33,445 bases of DNA. It comes from a virus. Lineage: Duplodnaviria; Caudoviricetes. The notes under the pieces are model-generated. The model was not told the origin of the DNA. It was given only the letters and a program-made list of their open reading frames with translations, and ran no database searches. Where the stretch lies: positions 1-33,445 of the IMG/VR virus record IMGVR_UViG_3300032324_000165. One strand, given 5' to 3'. Position numbers and translations under genes: made by a program. Position 1 is the stretch's first letter. Each line of letters begins with the position of its first letter. Of the stretch, positions 25,778 through 33,445 are shown piece by piece.

Positions 25778-26689
25778 ATGCCCTCATCTATTGAGTATGT
25801 TGGATGGGGTAGTGGTCCCTGGTCGCGTGGCGCCTGGGGGCTTGATGTATTAGAAGTATCAGTTGACGGCGTATCCGCGTCTGTTTCTGTTGGTTCTGTA
25901 ACCGTAACAGCAGGGTCGTCAATAGCAGTTACTGGGTTAGATGCAAGCGTTACTGCAGGAGTTTTAGCGGTTAATGCAAAAGCTAATATAGTAGTAACAG
26001 GAGAAACAGCACTAGGTGCGATTGAAACAGGTGTAGCGGTTGATGCCGACTCTAATCACGGTGTGGTTGGTGAAGCTGCTACTGCCCTTATAGGTCAAAT
26101 TTCTTTAGTAACCAACAATACGATTAACGTAACTGGGTTTGGAATAACGGCTTCTTTAGGCAGTGTAGATGCGGACGCTAAAGCTAATGCTGTTGTAACT
26201 GGGTTAAATGCTTCTGTATCTCTTGGTTCTGTAAACGTCACAGGTTTAGCAAATATTGTACCTACTGGGGTTCAAGCCAACACGGCGGTGGGCACTGTAG
26301 ATGCAAGGTCTGTTAATAAAATATTTGTTACTGGCGTAGAAGGTACAGGACAACTTGGCGAAGAAAGTGTAGCCGCCGACGCAAACGCTTCTGTAACTAA
26401 CGTACTTACATCTGGGTTTATAGGTACTGTTCTTGTTGCTGGTGGTGCAGTAGTTAATGTAACAGGCGTGGCCGGAAATACAGGGTTAGGGGAAGCAGAA
26501 GTAGATGCCGCTGCCAGTGCAGTAGTTACGGGAGTGTTAGGCACAATTTCTGTAGGTAGTGTTGCTATAAACGGCAATGCTAGTGTAATATTAACGGGTG
26601 TAAGTGCTAACGGCTATGTAAATTATCCGTTAGTGTGGGGTTTAATAGATACGTCTCAAACACCAAACTGGGTGCCCATAGCGGCTTAG
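25778..26689 (+). CDS. V/G/A/T-rich repeat virion protein (fibre-like)
   Basis: About 12 repeats of roughly 21 aa (VxVTGxxAxxxLGxVxVxAxA) flanked by Trp-containing ends. Confidence 0.65.
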   Translation: MPSSIEYVGWGSGPWSRGAWGLDVLEVSVDGVSASVSVGSVTVTAGSSIAVTGLDASVTAGVLAVNAKANIVVTGETALGAIETGVAVDADSNHGVVGEAATALIGQISLVTNNTINVTGFGITASLGSVDADAKANAVVTGLNASVSLGSVNVTGLANIVPTGVQANTAVGTVDARSVNKIFVTGVEGTGQLGEESVAADANASVTNVLTSGFIGTVLVAGGAVVNVTGVAGNTGLGEAEVDAAASAVVTGVLGTISVGSVAINGNASVILTGVSANGYVNYPLVWGLIDTSQTPNWVPIAA

Positions 26690-26698
26690 GAGCAATAA

Positions 26699-27748
26699 AT
26701 GGCAAGTACATATTCATCATTAAAAATTCAGCTCATGGGCACGGGTGAGAACTCAGGCACGTGGGGTAACGTAACAAACGTCAACTTAGGCACTGCTCTT
26801 GAAGAAGCCATCGTTGGCTCAGCGGATGTAACTTTTGCTAGTGGTACTGTAACGCTAACACTTACAGATGCTAACTCTTCTCAGACAGCACGTAATCTAC
26901 GTTTAAATCTAACAGGTACGTCTGGTGGCGCACAGAACTTGATAGTTCCCGCTATTGAGAAGGTGTATATCGTAAACAACGGATGCGCAGATACTATTAC
27001 AGTTAAAAACTCTGGCGGCACAGGTATTGCGGTTCCAGCTGGTAAGACCATGTATGTGTATAACAACGGCACAAACGTCGTGGATGCAATTACCCATCTA
27101 ACTTCATTAACTTTAGGTACTGCATTACCAGTAGCTTCTGGTGGTACAGGCGCAACAACACTTAACTCAGCTGCTGTGATTATTGGTAACGGAGCTTCTG
27201 CGCCAACGTTTGTGGCTCCAGGGGGTTCTGGGAACGTTTTAACTTCTAACGGTACAGCTTGGACTTCTGCAGCTGCAGCTGCTTTTGATTCAGGTACTGT
27301 TATGCTATTTGCACAGACAGCCGCACCAACTGGTTGGACTAAAGACGCAACTAACTTTGATAACTCAGCTTTACGTGTTGTTACTGGCACAGCGTCTACA
27401 GGCGGTTCAGTTAACTTTACAACTGCATTTGCATCTCAAACACCAAGCGGTTCTGTTTCAGTTTCAATTTCAAGTATTGCTGGTTCTGCAGGTGCTACAA
27501 CTCTAAGTACACCTCAGATTCCTAGCCATAATCATTCGATTGCTACTGGTAACGGCGGCGGCCCTAATCCATACGCAACTTTTAACGATACTACAGGTCT
27601 TCCAGGAACTACCGGTTCAACAGGTGGTGGTGGCAGCCACACTCACCCATTTAGTTTCTCAAGTGGTTCTGCTTCAGGTTCGTTCACTGGTAACGCAATT
27701 AACTTAGCCGTTAAATATGTGGACGTTATTAGAGCTACTAAAAACTAA
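26699..27748 (+). CDS. Tail fibre protein
   Basis: MASTYS...GENSGTWG..TN N-terminus, LPVASGGTG, collar-like FAQTAAPTGW, and tip motifs QIPSHNH and SHTH. Confidence 0.8.
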   Translation: MASTYSSLKIQLMGTGENSGTWGNVTNVNLGTALEEAIVGSADVTFASGTVTLTLTDANSSQTARNLRLNLTGTSGGAQNLIVPAIEKVYIVNNGCADTITVKNSGGTGIAVPAGKTMYVYNNGTNVVDAITHLTSLTLGTALPVASGGTGATTLNSAAVIIGNGASAPTFVAPGGSGNVLTSNGTAWTSAAAAAFDSGTVMLFAQTAAPTGWTKDATNFDNSALRVVTGTASTGGSVNFTTAFASQTPSGSVSVSISSIAGSAGATTLSTPQIPSHNHSIATGNGGGPNPYATFNDTTGLPGTTGSTGGGGSHTHPFSFSSGSASGSFTGNAINLAVKYVDVIRATKN

Positions 27749-27750
27749 CT

Positions 27751-28059
27751 ATGCAGCTTAAAAACGGAACATATTGCCCCCTCGTTAAGAAAGATTGTCT
27801 TGGATTACAGTGCGCTTGGTTTACACGAGTCCAAGGAGTTGATACTAACACTGGCAACCAAGTAGACGAGTATCAATGCGCTATTGCTTGGATGCCAATG
27901 CTATTGATTGAAAACTCAGGACAACAGCGCCAAACAGGTGCGGCGGTAGAAAGTTTCCGTAACGAAATGGTCAAAGCTAATGAGGCAACTACAAGAGCTT
28001 TATTGGCGTCAAATGACATTATTGAAAATAAACCTAAACTTATTAGGAGCAAGAAATGA
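27751..28059 (+). CDS. Cys-rich protein downstream of the tail fibre
   Basis: CPL...C...CAW...CAI, and GAAVESFRNEMV. Confidence 0.7.
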   Translation: MQLKNGTYCPLVKKDCLGLQCAWFTRVQGVDTNTGNQVDEYQCAIAWMPMLLIENSGQQRQTGAAVESFRNEMVKANEATTRALLASNDIIENKPKLIRSKK

Positions 28060-28523
28060 AATTAACAATTATTCCTAGCGATAAATCTGTTGGAGAAGAT
28101 GAAAAGTTTTATCTTAACCTTGATTTAAGTTCGTGTGGTATCCCATCTGATGTTCAGGCGCTTCAATGGCAAGACACGTCTGGTTGGGTTGAATATACGT
28201 CGCCCACAGTAGAAAATCAGCTTATTACTGAATTGCCAGCATGGGCTAACTGTTGTATGGCTAAGTGGACTGAGGCTAACACCCCAACACCACCAGCACC
28301 GCCAACTGCAGAACAAAATAAAATAACTGCTACTAAAAAATTACAAGATACAGACTGGACTACTATCCCTGATGTTGGAGACTCAACAAAAAGTAACCCT
28401 TATTTAAGTAACGTTCAGGACTTTATTGTGTATAGAAATGCCGTACGTCAATATGCAATTAATCCTGTAGCTGGTGACATTAACTGGCCTACAGTCCCCC
28501 AAGAAGTTTGGACAGCGGTATAG
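28056..28523 (+). CDS. Tail fibre assembly chaperone-like protein
   Basis: C-terminal LQDTDWTTIPDV...YRNAVR...INWPTVP. Confidence 0.7.
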   Translation: MKLTIIPSDKSVGEDEKFYLNLDLSSCGIPSDVQALQWQDTSGWVEYTSPTVENQLITELPAWANCCMAKWTEANTPTPPAPPTAEQNKITATKKLQDTDWTTIPDVGDSTKSNPYLSNVQDFIVYRNAVRQYAINPVAGDINWPTVPQEVWTAV

Positions 28524-29059
28524 TGAATACACAGCTTAGCCAAAACAATCATTTAGTTGTACCAGGGTTTATTAGCCTGGCACGAGCTGAATATTTGCTA
28601 AATGATTTTTTTGACTTAGAACAAAACGGTGGTTGGGAAAAAGACCCACAAGCTCCAAACTCCCCTGCAATATGTAACTTTAAACCGTTCCTTGAGTTGT
28701 TATGTGAAAAAACACCAGAAGTAAGTGTATTAATAGGTGAAACGGTGTTACCTACTTATTGCTACGCAAGAATGTATAAAAATGCAGAAAAGCTACCTAG
28801 GCATAGAGATAGAGGTGCCTGTGAAATTAGTCTTACAGTACATTTAGGTAGCGACGTTACTTGGCCTATTTTTATACAAAAACCAGATGGTACAGAAGTA
28901 TCAGTAGTATTAAATCCGGGTGATGCTATGTTGTACTTAGGTTGTGTAGCAGACCACTGGAGAGAATCGTTTACAGGTTCAAATTACGGGCAGGTGTTCT
29001 TACATTACGTACGGAGTAATGGCCCATGTGCAAAATATTATTTTGATAAAGTTAGATGA
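28523..29059 (+). CDS. 2OG-Fe(II) oxygenase-like protein 1
   Basis: HRD (HxD) in ARMY...LPRHRDRGACEISLT, GDAMLY, distal His in HWRE. Probable GTG start at 28523. Confidence 0.8.
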   Translation: MNTQLSQNNHLVVPGFISLARAEYLLNDFFDLEQNGGWEKDPQAPNSPAICNFKPFLELLCEKTPEVSVLIGETVLPTYCYARMYKNAEKLPRHRDRGACEISLTVHLGSDVTWPIFIQKPDGTEVSVVLNPGDAMLYLGCVADHWRESFTGSNYGQVFLHYVRSNGPCAKYYFDKVR

Positions 29060-29616
29060 AATACTTAACTGATTATATTCAGGTGTTTGAAAATATAGTT
29101 CCTAACGAACTATGTGATGCTATTTTGCACGAGTTTAGTAATGAAAAAGAATGGGTGCAAACAGTAGTTGGTAAAGGGCGGGAAGATAGAAACATCCGAA
29201 GCGCAACTACTATTGTGATGTCTTATCCACACGTCATTGAAGTAAATAAACCGATTAGGGCCGAACTAGACGCCAAGATGTTTACGTGCGCTGTCACTGC
29301 TATTGCTAAATACAATGAAAAATTTTCTTTAGCTAAAATAGAGCAAGACACAGGGTATGAGTTATTAAAGTACAAAGAAGGCGAGTTTTATACTCAACAC
29401 ACAGACTCTTTCAAAGATAGACCTAGGGCTGTTTCATGCTCGTTTGCCTTAAATGACAACTACGAAGGCGGTGAGTGGGGGTTTTTTAACCAAGAAAAAG
29501 TTATTAAAGTACCTAAAGGCGCAGCTGTACTATTTCCGTCTAACTTTATGTACCCACACGAAATAATGCCTATAACAAAAGGCACGCGTTATTCATGCAT
29601 TACTTGGTTTATTTAA
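29056..29616 (+). CDS. 2OG-Fe(II) oxygenase 2 (prolyl 4-hydroxylase-like)
   Basis: LLKY..GEFY..HTD, LNDNYEGGE, FPSNFMYPHE, GTRYS. Confidence 0.88.
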   Translation: MKYLTDYIQVFENIVPNELCDAILHEFSNEKEWVQTVVGKGREDRNIRSATTIVMSYPHVIEVNKPIRAELDAKMFTCAVTAIAKYNEKFSLAKIEQDTGYELLKYKEGEFYTQHTDSFKDRPRAVSCSFALNDNYEGGEWGFFNQEKVIKVPKGAAVLFPSNFMYPHEIMPITKGTRYSCITWFI

Positions 29617-29617
29617 A

Positions 29618-30166
29618 ATGATAAGCATAATTGATTCCGCTATCCCACAAAACATTTTAAATGCGTGTGTTCAGGAAGCAGAACATAGCAAAAACTATGG
29701 TGTTCTACACATGGCTGGAGATGGCTCTTATGGGTTTAAATATAATTGGTTATTACAAGAATCAAACCAACCAAACACTTTTACTAATCAACAGTTTAAA
29801 ACGCTGTGGGAAGAAGTAAAGAAACATGTTCCAACCAATACTAGACTATATAGAGCATATGTAAATGCACATACGTATGGCGTTGAAGATGTTATACATG
29901 TAGATGATGCAGAACTTAAAAAAGGTTTTACAGTTATTGTATATTTATGTAATGGGTGGTACCCAGAGTGGTTTGGTCAAACCGTGTTTTTTAAGTCTTT
30001 AGACAAACAAAATAACGACATAATTAATTCTGTTTTACCCCAATATAATCGAGTAATTATATTTGATAAAGACATACCACACTGTGTGTCTCCATTATCA
30101 AGAAAGTTTGCTGGGGTACGTTTAACTTGTATGTTTAAATTGGAGTTGTTGGATGACCCCACGTGA
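29618..30166 (+). CDS. 2OG-Fe(II) oxygenase 3
   Basis: HVD, TVIVYL...W..EW.GQT, NRVIIFD..IPH, RLT..FK. Confidence 0.85.
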   Translation: MISIIDSAIPQNILNACVQEAEHSKNYGVLHMAGDGSYGFKYNWLLQESNQPNTFTNQQFKTLWEEVKKHVPTNTRLYRAYVNAHTYGVEDVIHVDDAELKKGFTVIVYLCNGWYPEWFGQTVFFKSLDKQNNDIINSVLPQYNRVIIFDKDIPHCVSPLSRKFAGVRLTCMFKLELLDDPT

Positions 30167-30587
30167 ATATTTAATTTCTTTAGAACTAAACGAAGTGCCT
30201 CATAGCGGCAAAACGTTTTTAGAGCATTTATACAACGTAGAAGACATTTTACGTATTTGTGGACAAACTGAAGATGTTTGTTTAGCAGGGCTCTACCACA
30301 GTATATACGGTACAAATTACTTTAAAGTAGACTTGGCGCAAGACAGAACTACAATACAAAAAATTATTGGTGAGAGGGCTGAACATCTAGTATGGTTGTT
30401 TTGCAATGCAAACAGACCTTTTTGTTGGTTTTGTGGTAATAATTTAGTTATGATAGACGGAACGAGTGTAACGTTAGACGCTAATACTTTACATGATTTA
30501 CAGATGATTGAAGGCGCTAACCTTTTAGAACAAAAGTGCGGTGCGGATATGATTGTATCATTCACGGCGAATAGGATAAATAAATGA
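30153..30587 (+). CDS. DUF6817-like (HD-related) protein
   Basis: HSGKTFLEHL...AGLYHSIYGT...IGERAEHLV.LFC. Confidence 0.7.
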   Translation: MTPREYLISLELNEVPHSGKTFLEHLYNVEDILRICGQTEDVCLAGLYHSIYGTNYFKVDLAQDRTTIQKIIGERAEHLVWLFCNANRPFCWFCGNNLVMIDGTSVTLDANTLHDLQMIEGANLLEQKCGADMIVSFTANRINK

Positions 30588-30802
30588 TTCAAGAAAACCC
30601 AGCAGTTAAGCTAGAAGACGGTACCGTAGCCCCACGCCATACGGTTGAAATTCTTTGCCCCAATTGCGGGCGTGATGTAGATGAGGTTGAGCTAGCAGCA
30701 CAAAAGTGCAACGATTGTGGGCATGACCTTTCTACGCCTAAGCAAAACGTAGCTATTAACGTAACGTCTAAGCCTATTGGCACTAAAGTATGGGGGCAGT
30801 AA
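30584..30802 (+). CDS. Small zinc-ribbon protein
   Basis: CPNCG...CNDCG. Confidence 0.7.
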   Translation: MIQENPAVKLEDGTVAPRHTVEILCPNCGRDVDEVELAAQKCNDCGHDLSTPKQNVAINVTSKPIGTKVWGQ

Positions 30803-30803
30803 C

Positions 30804-30974
30804 ATGCTTAAACTTTTATTTGAAGTAATTATTAATAAGTTCAAACCAATTGAACCTGTTGTGGCACAAGAAGAAGTGATTGAGACCAAGAAACCAGCTG
30901 CTAAGAAAGTTGCCGTTAAAAAACCAGCTGCTAAGAAAGTCGCGGTTAAAAAACCAGCTAAAAAGGTTAAATAA
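30804..30974 (+). CDS. Small protein with histone H1-like KKPAAKKVAV repeats
   Basis: Likely start at 30804. Tandem 30-bp repeats at about 30888-30968. Confidence 0.65.
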   Translation: MLKLLFEVIINKFKPIEPVVAQEEVIETKKPAAKKVAVKKPAAKKVAVKKPAKKVK

Positions 30975-31556
30975 TTGAAAGACTTACTGCCACAAATACT
31001 TGCTTATGTATCAAGCCCGTTCAGGCTTTTTGCTATTGTAGTAATGGCAGTATTAACCTTTACTGGATACTTTGTTTGGCAGAACCAAGGTTTGATGCTT
31101 GATGCTTACACCAAGTCAAAACAGCTACCTTCTATGAACTCTGCTCGGTATGACGATGCTGCCAAGGTAATATTCAAGGGTACAAACGCTGACTTGGTTG
31201 TTATCTTCTCTGTTAACCCGCTGTTAGGTACCCGTATTGTTGAAAGGGCTTACCAACCAGATAAGCGGTATAAAGAGTTTGATGGTCACGATGTTGGACT
31301 TTTTACAGCTAACGCATCTAACAACCATGACATTATTAGGCTCATGGCTAATGAAATACCGTGTGGTGAGTATAAAAAGGCACAGTCAGAGATAGGCTTA
31401 TGGTACAAGGCTATTGGTATTAACTACACCTGCCGAGTATCTGTACCGCCTGATGTTAATAAGTTTATCGGTCAAATTACAGTTGGTTGGAAAACACAAC
31501 CTGAAACACCTGAAGCTATGCTAACCATAGCAAGTTCGATGTTAATGAGGAAATAA
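30975..31556 (+). CDS. Single-TM protein with a GAF-like periplasmic domain (T4 holin T-like architecture)
   Basis: N-terminal TM (LFAIVVMAVLTFTGYFVW). C-terminal YTCRVSVPP...FIGQITVGW is GAF-like. Located in the lysis cassette. Confidence 0.5.
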   Translation: MKDLLPQILAYVSSPFRLFAIVVMAVLTFTGYFVWQNQGLMLDAYTKSKQLPSMNSARYDDAAKVIFKGTNADLVVIFSVNPLLGTRIVERAYQPDKRYKEFDGHDVGLFTANASNNHDIIRLMANEIPCGEYKKAQSEIGLWYKAIGINYTCRVSVPPDVNKFIGQITVGWKTQPETPEAMLTIASSMLMRK

Positions 31557-31557
31557 T

Positions 31558-31968
31558 ATGTTACCTATCGCAGCTCTACTAGACGTTGGCATGAAGGTTT
31601 TGGATAAGTTCATACCTGACCCTGAAGCCAAAGCCAAGGCTCAAGCCGAATTGCTCAAGATGCAGCAAGAGGGTCGTTTGGCTGAACTTAATGCCGATAA
31701 CATTGAAAATCAAGAACTGACTAAACGCCATGAAGCTGATATGTCTAGCGATAGCTGGTTGTCTAAAAACATCAGACCTGGAACGCTTATCTTTATTTTG
31801 ATTGTATATACAGTGTTTGCAATGATGTCAGCTTATGGTTACAACGCTAACGAGTCTTATGTAACTTTGCTAGGGCAGTGGGGTATGCTGATTATGTCTT
31901 TTTACTTTGGCGGCCGTACTCTTGAGAAAATCATGGATATGAAAGCTAAGAATGAATCTAAGTCCTAA
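31558..31968 (+). CDS. Holin (3TM, GTA-type family)
   Basis: LDKFIPDP..KAKA, DMSSDSWLSKNIRP, two hydrophobic helices, FYFGGRTLEK. Adjacent to the endolysin. Confidence 0.8.
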   Translation: MLPIAALLDVGMKVLDKFIPDPEAKAKAQAELLKMQQEGRLAELNADNIENQELTKRHEADMSSDSWLSKNIRPGTLIFILIVYTVFAMMSAYGYNANESYVTLLGQWGMLIMSFYFGGRTLEKIMDMKAKNESKS

Positions 31969-32389
31969 CTTTACCCTTGCAGAACTAACTGCCAGCGAAA
32001 CAGCTGCCCGTAACGGCTTAGACAATACGCCAGGCCCAATTGCTTATCAGAACCTAGTGCGTCTAGCTAACTTCTTAGAGCAGGTTAAAAAAGTGCTTGG
32101 TGGTAAACCAATTATGATTAACTCAGCTTATCGTGGTCCAGAAGTCAATGCGCACGTTGGTGGGCAGAAAGCTAGTCAGCATTTAGTAGGCTGCGCGGCT
32201 GATATTAGAGTGCCAGGAATGACGCCAAACGAGGTTTGCAAAGCAATTATTGCTTCAGATTTGCAGTATGACCAATTAATCCGGGAGTTTGAATCTTGGA
32301 CCCATATTAGTATTCCTAACGAAGAAGGCTCGACACCAAGAGGACAAACGCTTATCATAGACCGTGCGGGCACTCGCCCATTCGTTTAA
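31952..32389 (+). CDS. Endolysin, peptidase M15A family
   Basis: LSPNFTLAEL, INSAYR, SQHLVGCAAD, WTHIS zinc-ligand motifs. Confidence 0.88.
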   Translation: MNLSPNFTLAELTASETAARNGLDNTPGPIAYQNLVRLANFLEQVKKVLGGKPIMINSAYRGPEVNAHVGGQKASQHLVGCAADIRVPGMTPNEVCKAIIASDLQYDQLIREFESWTHISIPNEEGSTPRGQTLIIDRAGTRPFV

Positions 32390-32397
32390 GGTAAATT

Positions 32398-33445
32398 ATG
32401 CCATTCCAAAAGCTACAATTTAAGCCTGGGGTCAATAGAGACCAGACTAACTACACAAACGAGGGTGGTTGGAATGAGTGCGACAAAATCCGTTTCCGTT
32501 CAGGGTTTCCTGAAAAAATTGGCGGTTGGGTTAAAGCTACTACAGAATATATGCTTGGCGTCTGTCGCCAGATGTTTGGATGGATTACGTCTTATTCTGA
32601 CAACTTATTAGCTTGTGGCACCAACAAAAAAGTCTATATTGAGGTAGGTGGGTATTTTTACGACATCACTCCACTACGCCCTGTTACACCCACATTAACA
32701 TCTCCGACTACTAATAACTGTATAACTACAACTAACGGCTCCGGTGTAGTAACTATTGTCGCAGTGGGTGCTAATGCTATTGAAGGTAACTACATTGATA
32801 TAGCAGGTGCTACGTCTGTTGGTGGTATTACCGCGGCTACGCTTAACGCTACACACGAAGTAGCTACTGTTATTAACGTCAATGCGTTTACTTTTACCGT
32901 AGGTACAAATGCCACATCTACCGCTACAGGTGGTGGTACAGGAATTAACCTGTCTTTTGAGATAGACATTGGGTCTGCATCACAAACTCTAGGGTATGGT
33001 TGGGGTACAAGTACTTGGAACGATAATTTTGGTTGGGGTTTAAATAGCCCTGTTGGTATTAATCTTGTCCAAGATGATTGGTGGTTTGACCAATTTGATA
33101 ACAACCTTGTAATGAATCAGCGAAATGGTCCTATTTATTATTGGGAACGCGGCACAAACAATGACCCGTCTGCGGCTTTAGCTACACGCGCTATTTTGTT
33201 AGAAGACATAAGTGGAGCTGCTGATGTACCTAACAAAGCTATGCAAATTTTAGTATCTCAGAACGACAAACATCTTTTAGCTTTTGGTAGCCAACCTTAC
33301 GCTGGCTCAGCAGCTGATTTTGACCCGTTGTTAATTCGCTGGGCTTCTCAAGATGACCCAGGTATGTGGACACCTTTGGTTACTAATTCAGCCGGTTTTA
33401 TTCGCGTTTCTCGTGGTTCTTTAATTGTTCGTGCTATACCGACTA
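32398..33445 (+). CDS. Tail nozzle/stabilisation-type virion protein, partial (not in ORF track)
   Basis: ATG at 32398 begins MPFQKLQFKPGVNRDQTNY...DKIRFRSGFPEKIGGW, with a GWG..TW motif and DPLLIRWASQ. Open to the window end. Confidence 0.7.
   Translation, partial: MPFQKLQFKPGVNRDQTNYTNEGGWNECDKIRFRSGFPEKIGGWVKATTEYMLGVCRQMFGWITSYSDNLLACGTNKKVYIEVGGYFYDITPLRPVTPTLTSPTTNNCITTTNGSGVVTIVAVGANAIEGNYIDIAGATSVGGITAATLNATHEVATVINVNAFTFTVGTNATSTATGGGTGINLSFEIDIGSASQTLGYGWGTSTWNDNFGWGLNSPVGINLVQDDWWFDQFDNNLVMNQRNGPIYYWERGTNNDPSAALATRAILLEDISGAADVPNKAMQILVSQNDKHLLAFGSQPYAGSAADFDPLLIRWASQDDPGMWTPLVTNSAGFIRVSRGSLIVRAIPT

Noticed and set aside
21-33104. Numerous antisense or alternate-frame ORFs in the track (e.g. 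21..206, 1700..2149, 9117..9473, 10770..11246, 20251..20670, 26881..27390, 32790..33104)
   Set aside because: They are shadows of well-supported genes on the opposite strand or frame, with no RBS or recognisable motifs.
1-33445. Integrase, att site or host flanking genes (prophage)
   Set aside because: None seen. The whole window is phage-like, and lifestyle cannot be determined from it.

Overview
This is a 33 kb segment of a tailed dsDNA phage (Caudoviricetes). It is probably podovirus-like, since no tape measure or sheath gene is seen in the window. The left arm (1-6730, minus strand) is an early operon behind a perfect sigma70 promoter. It encodes a DUF3150-like protein, an RHH protein, an HExxH metallopeptidase-VWA protein, a MoxR-type AAA+ ATPase, a winged-HTH protein and many small ORFs. 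The control region (6750-9240) holds divergent promoters, a tandem HTH-like gene, a TGTTCCAA inverted-repeat array (candidate origin) and an isolated gene with a structured 3' RNA and terminator. The right arm (9244 to the end, plus strand) carries the terminases, portal, GroES-like protein, scaffold and major capsid protein. These are followed by an inserted Ntn-protease/HNH block, a cluster of small basic proteins, head-tail and tail genes, three 2OG-Fe(II) oxygenases with DUF6817, and a lysis cassette. The most notable observations are: (1) five copies of a 30-bp 11-8-11 dyad GAACA-N3-CCA-N8-TGG-N3-TGTTC placed just upstream of early-gene RBSs, sharing a TGTTC core with the origin-like array and the HTH gene promoter; (2) small basic late proteins built from modules joined by hydrophobic-x-x-GG linkers and sharing a RADGCAxKGKTRG tag, suggesting a processing/sorting system; (3) a kissing-hairpin leader RNA overlapping an RBS; (4) apparent total absence of GATC. 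All family calls come from motif recognition by eye; no database searches were run.
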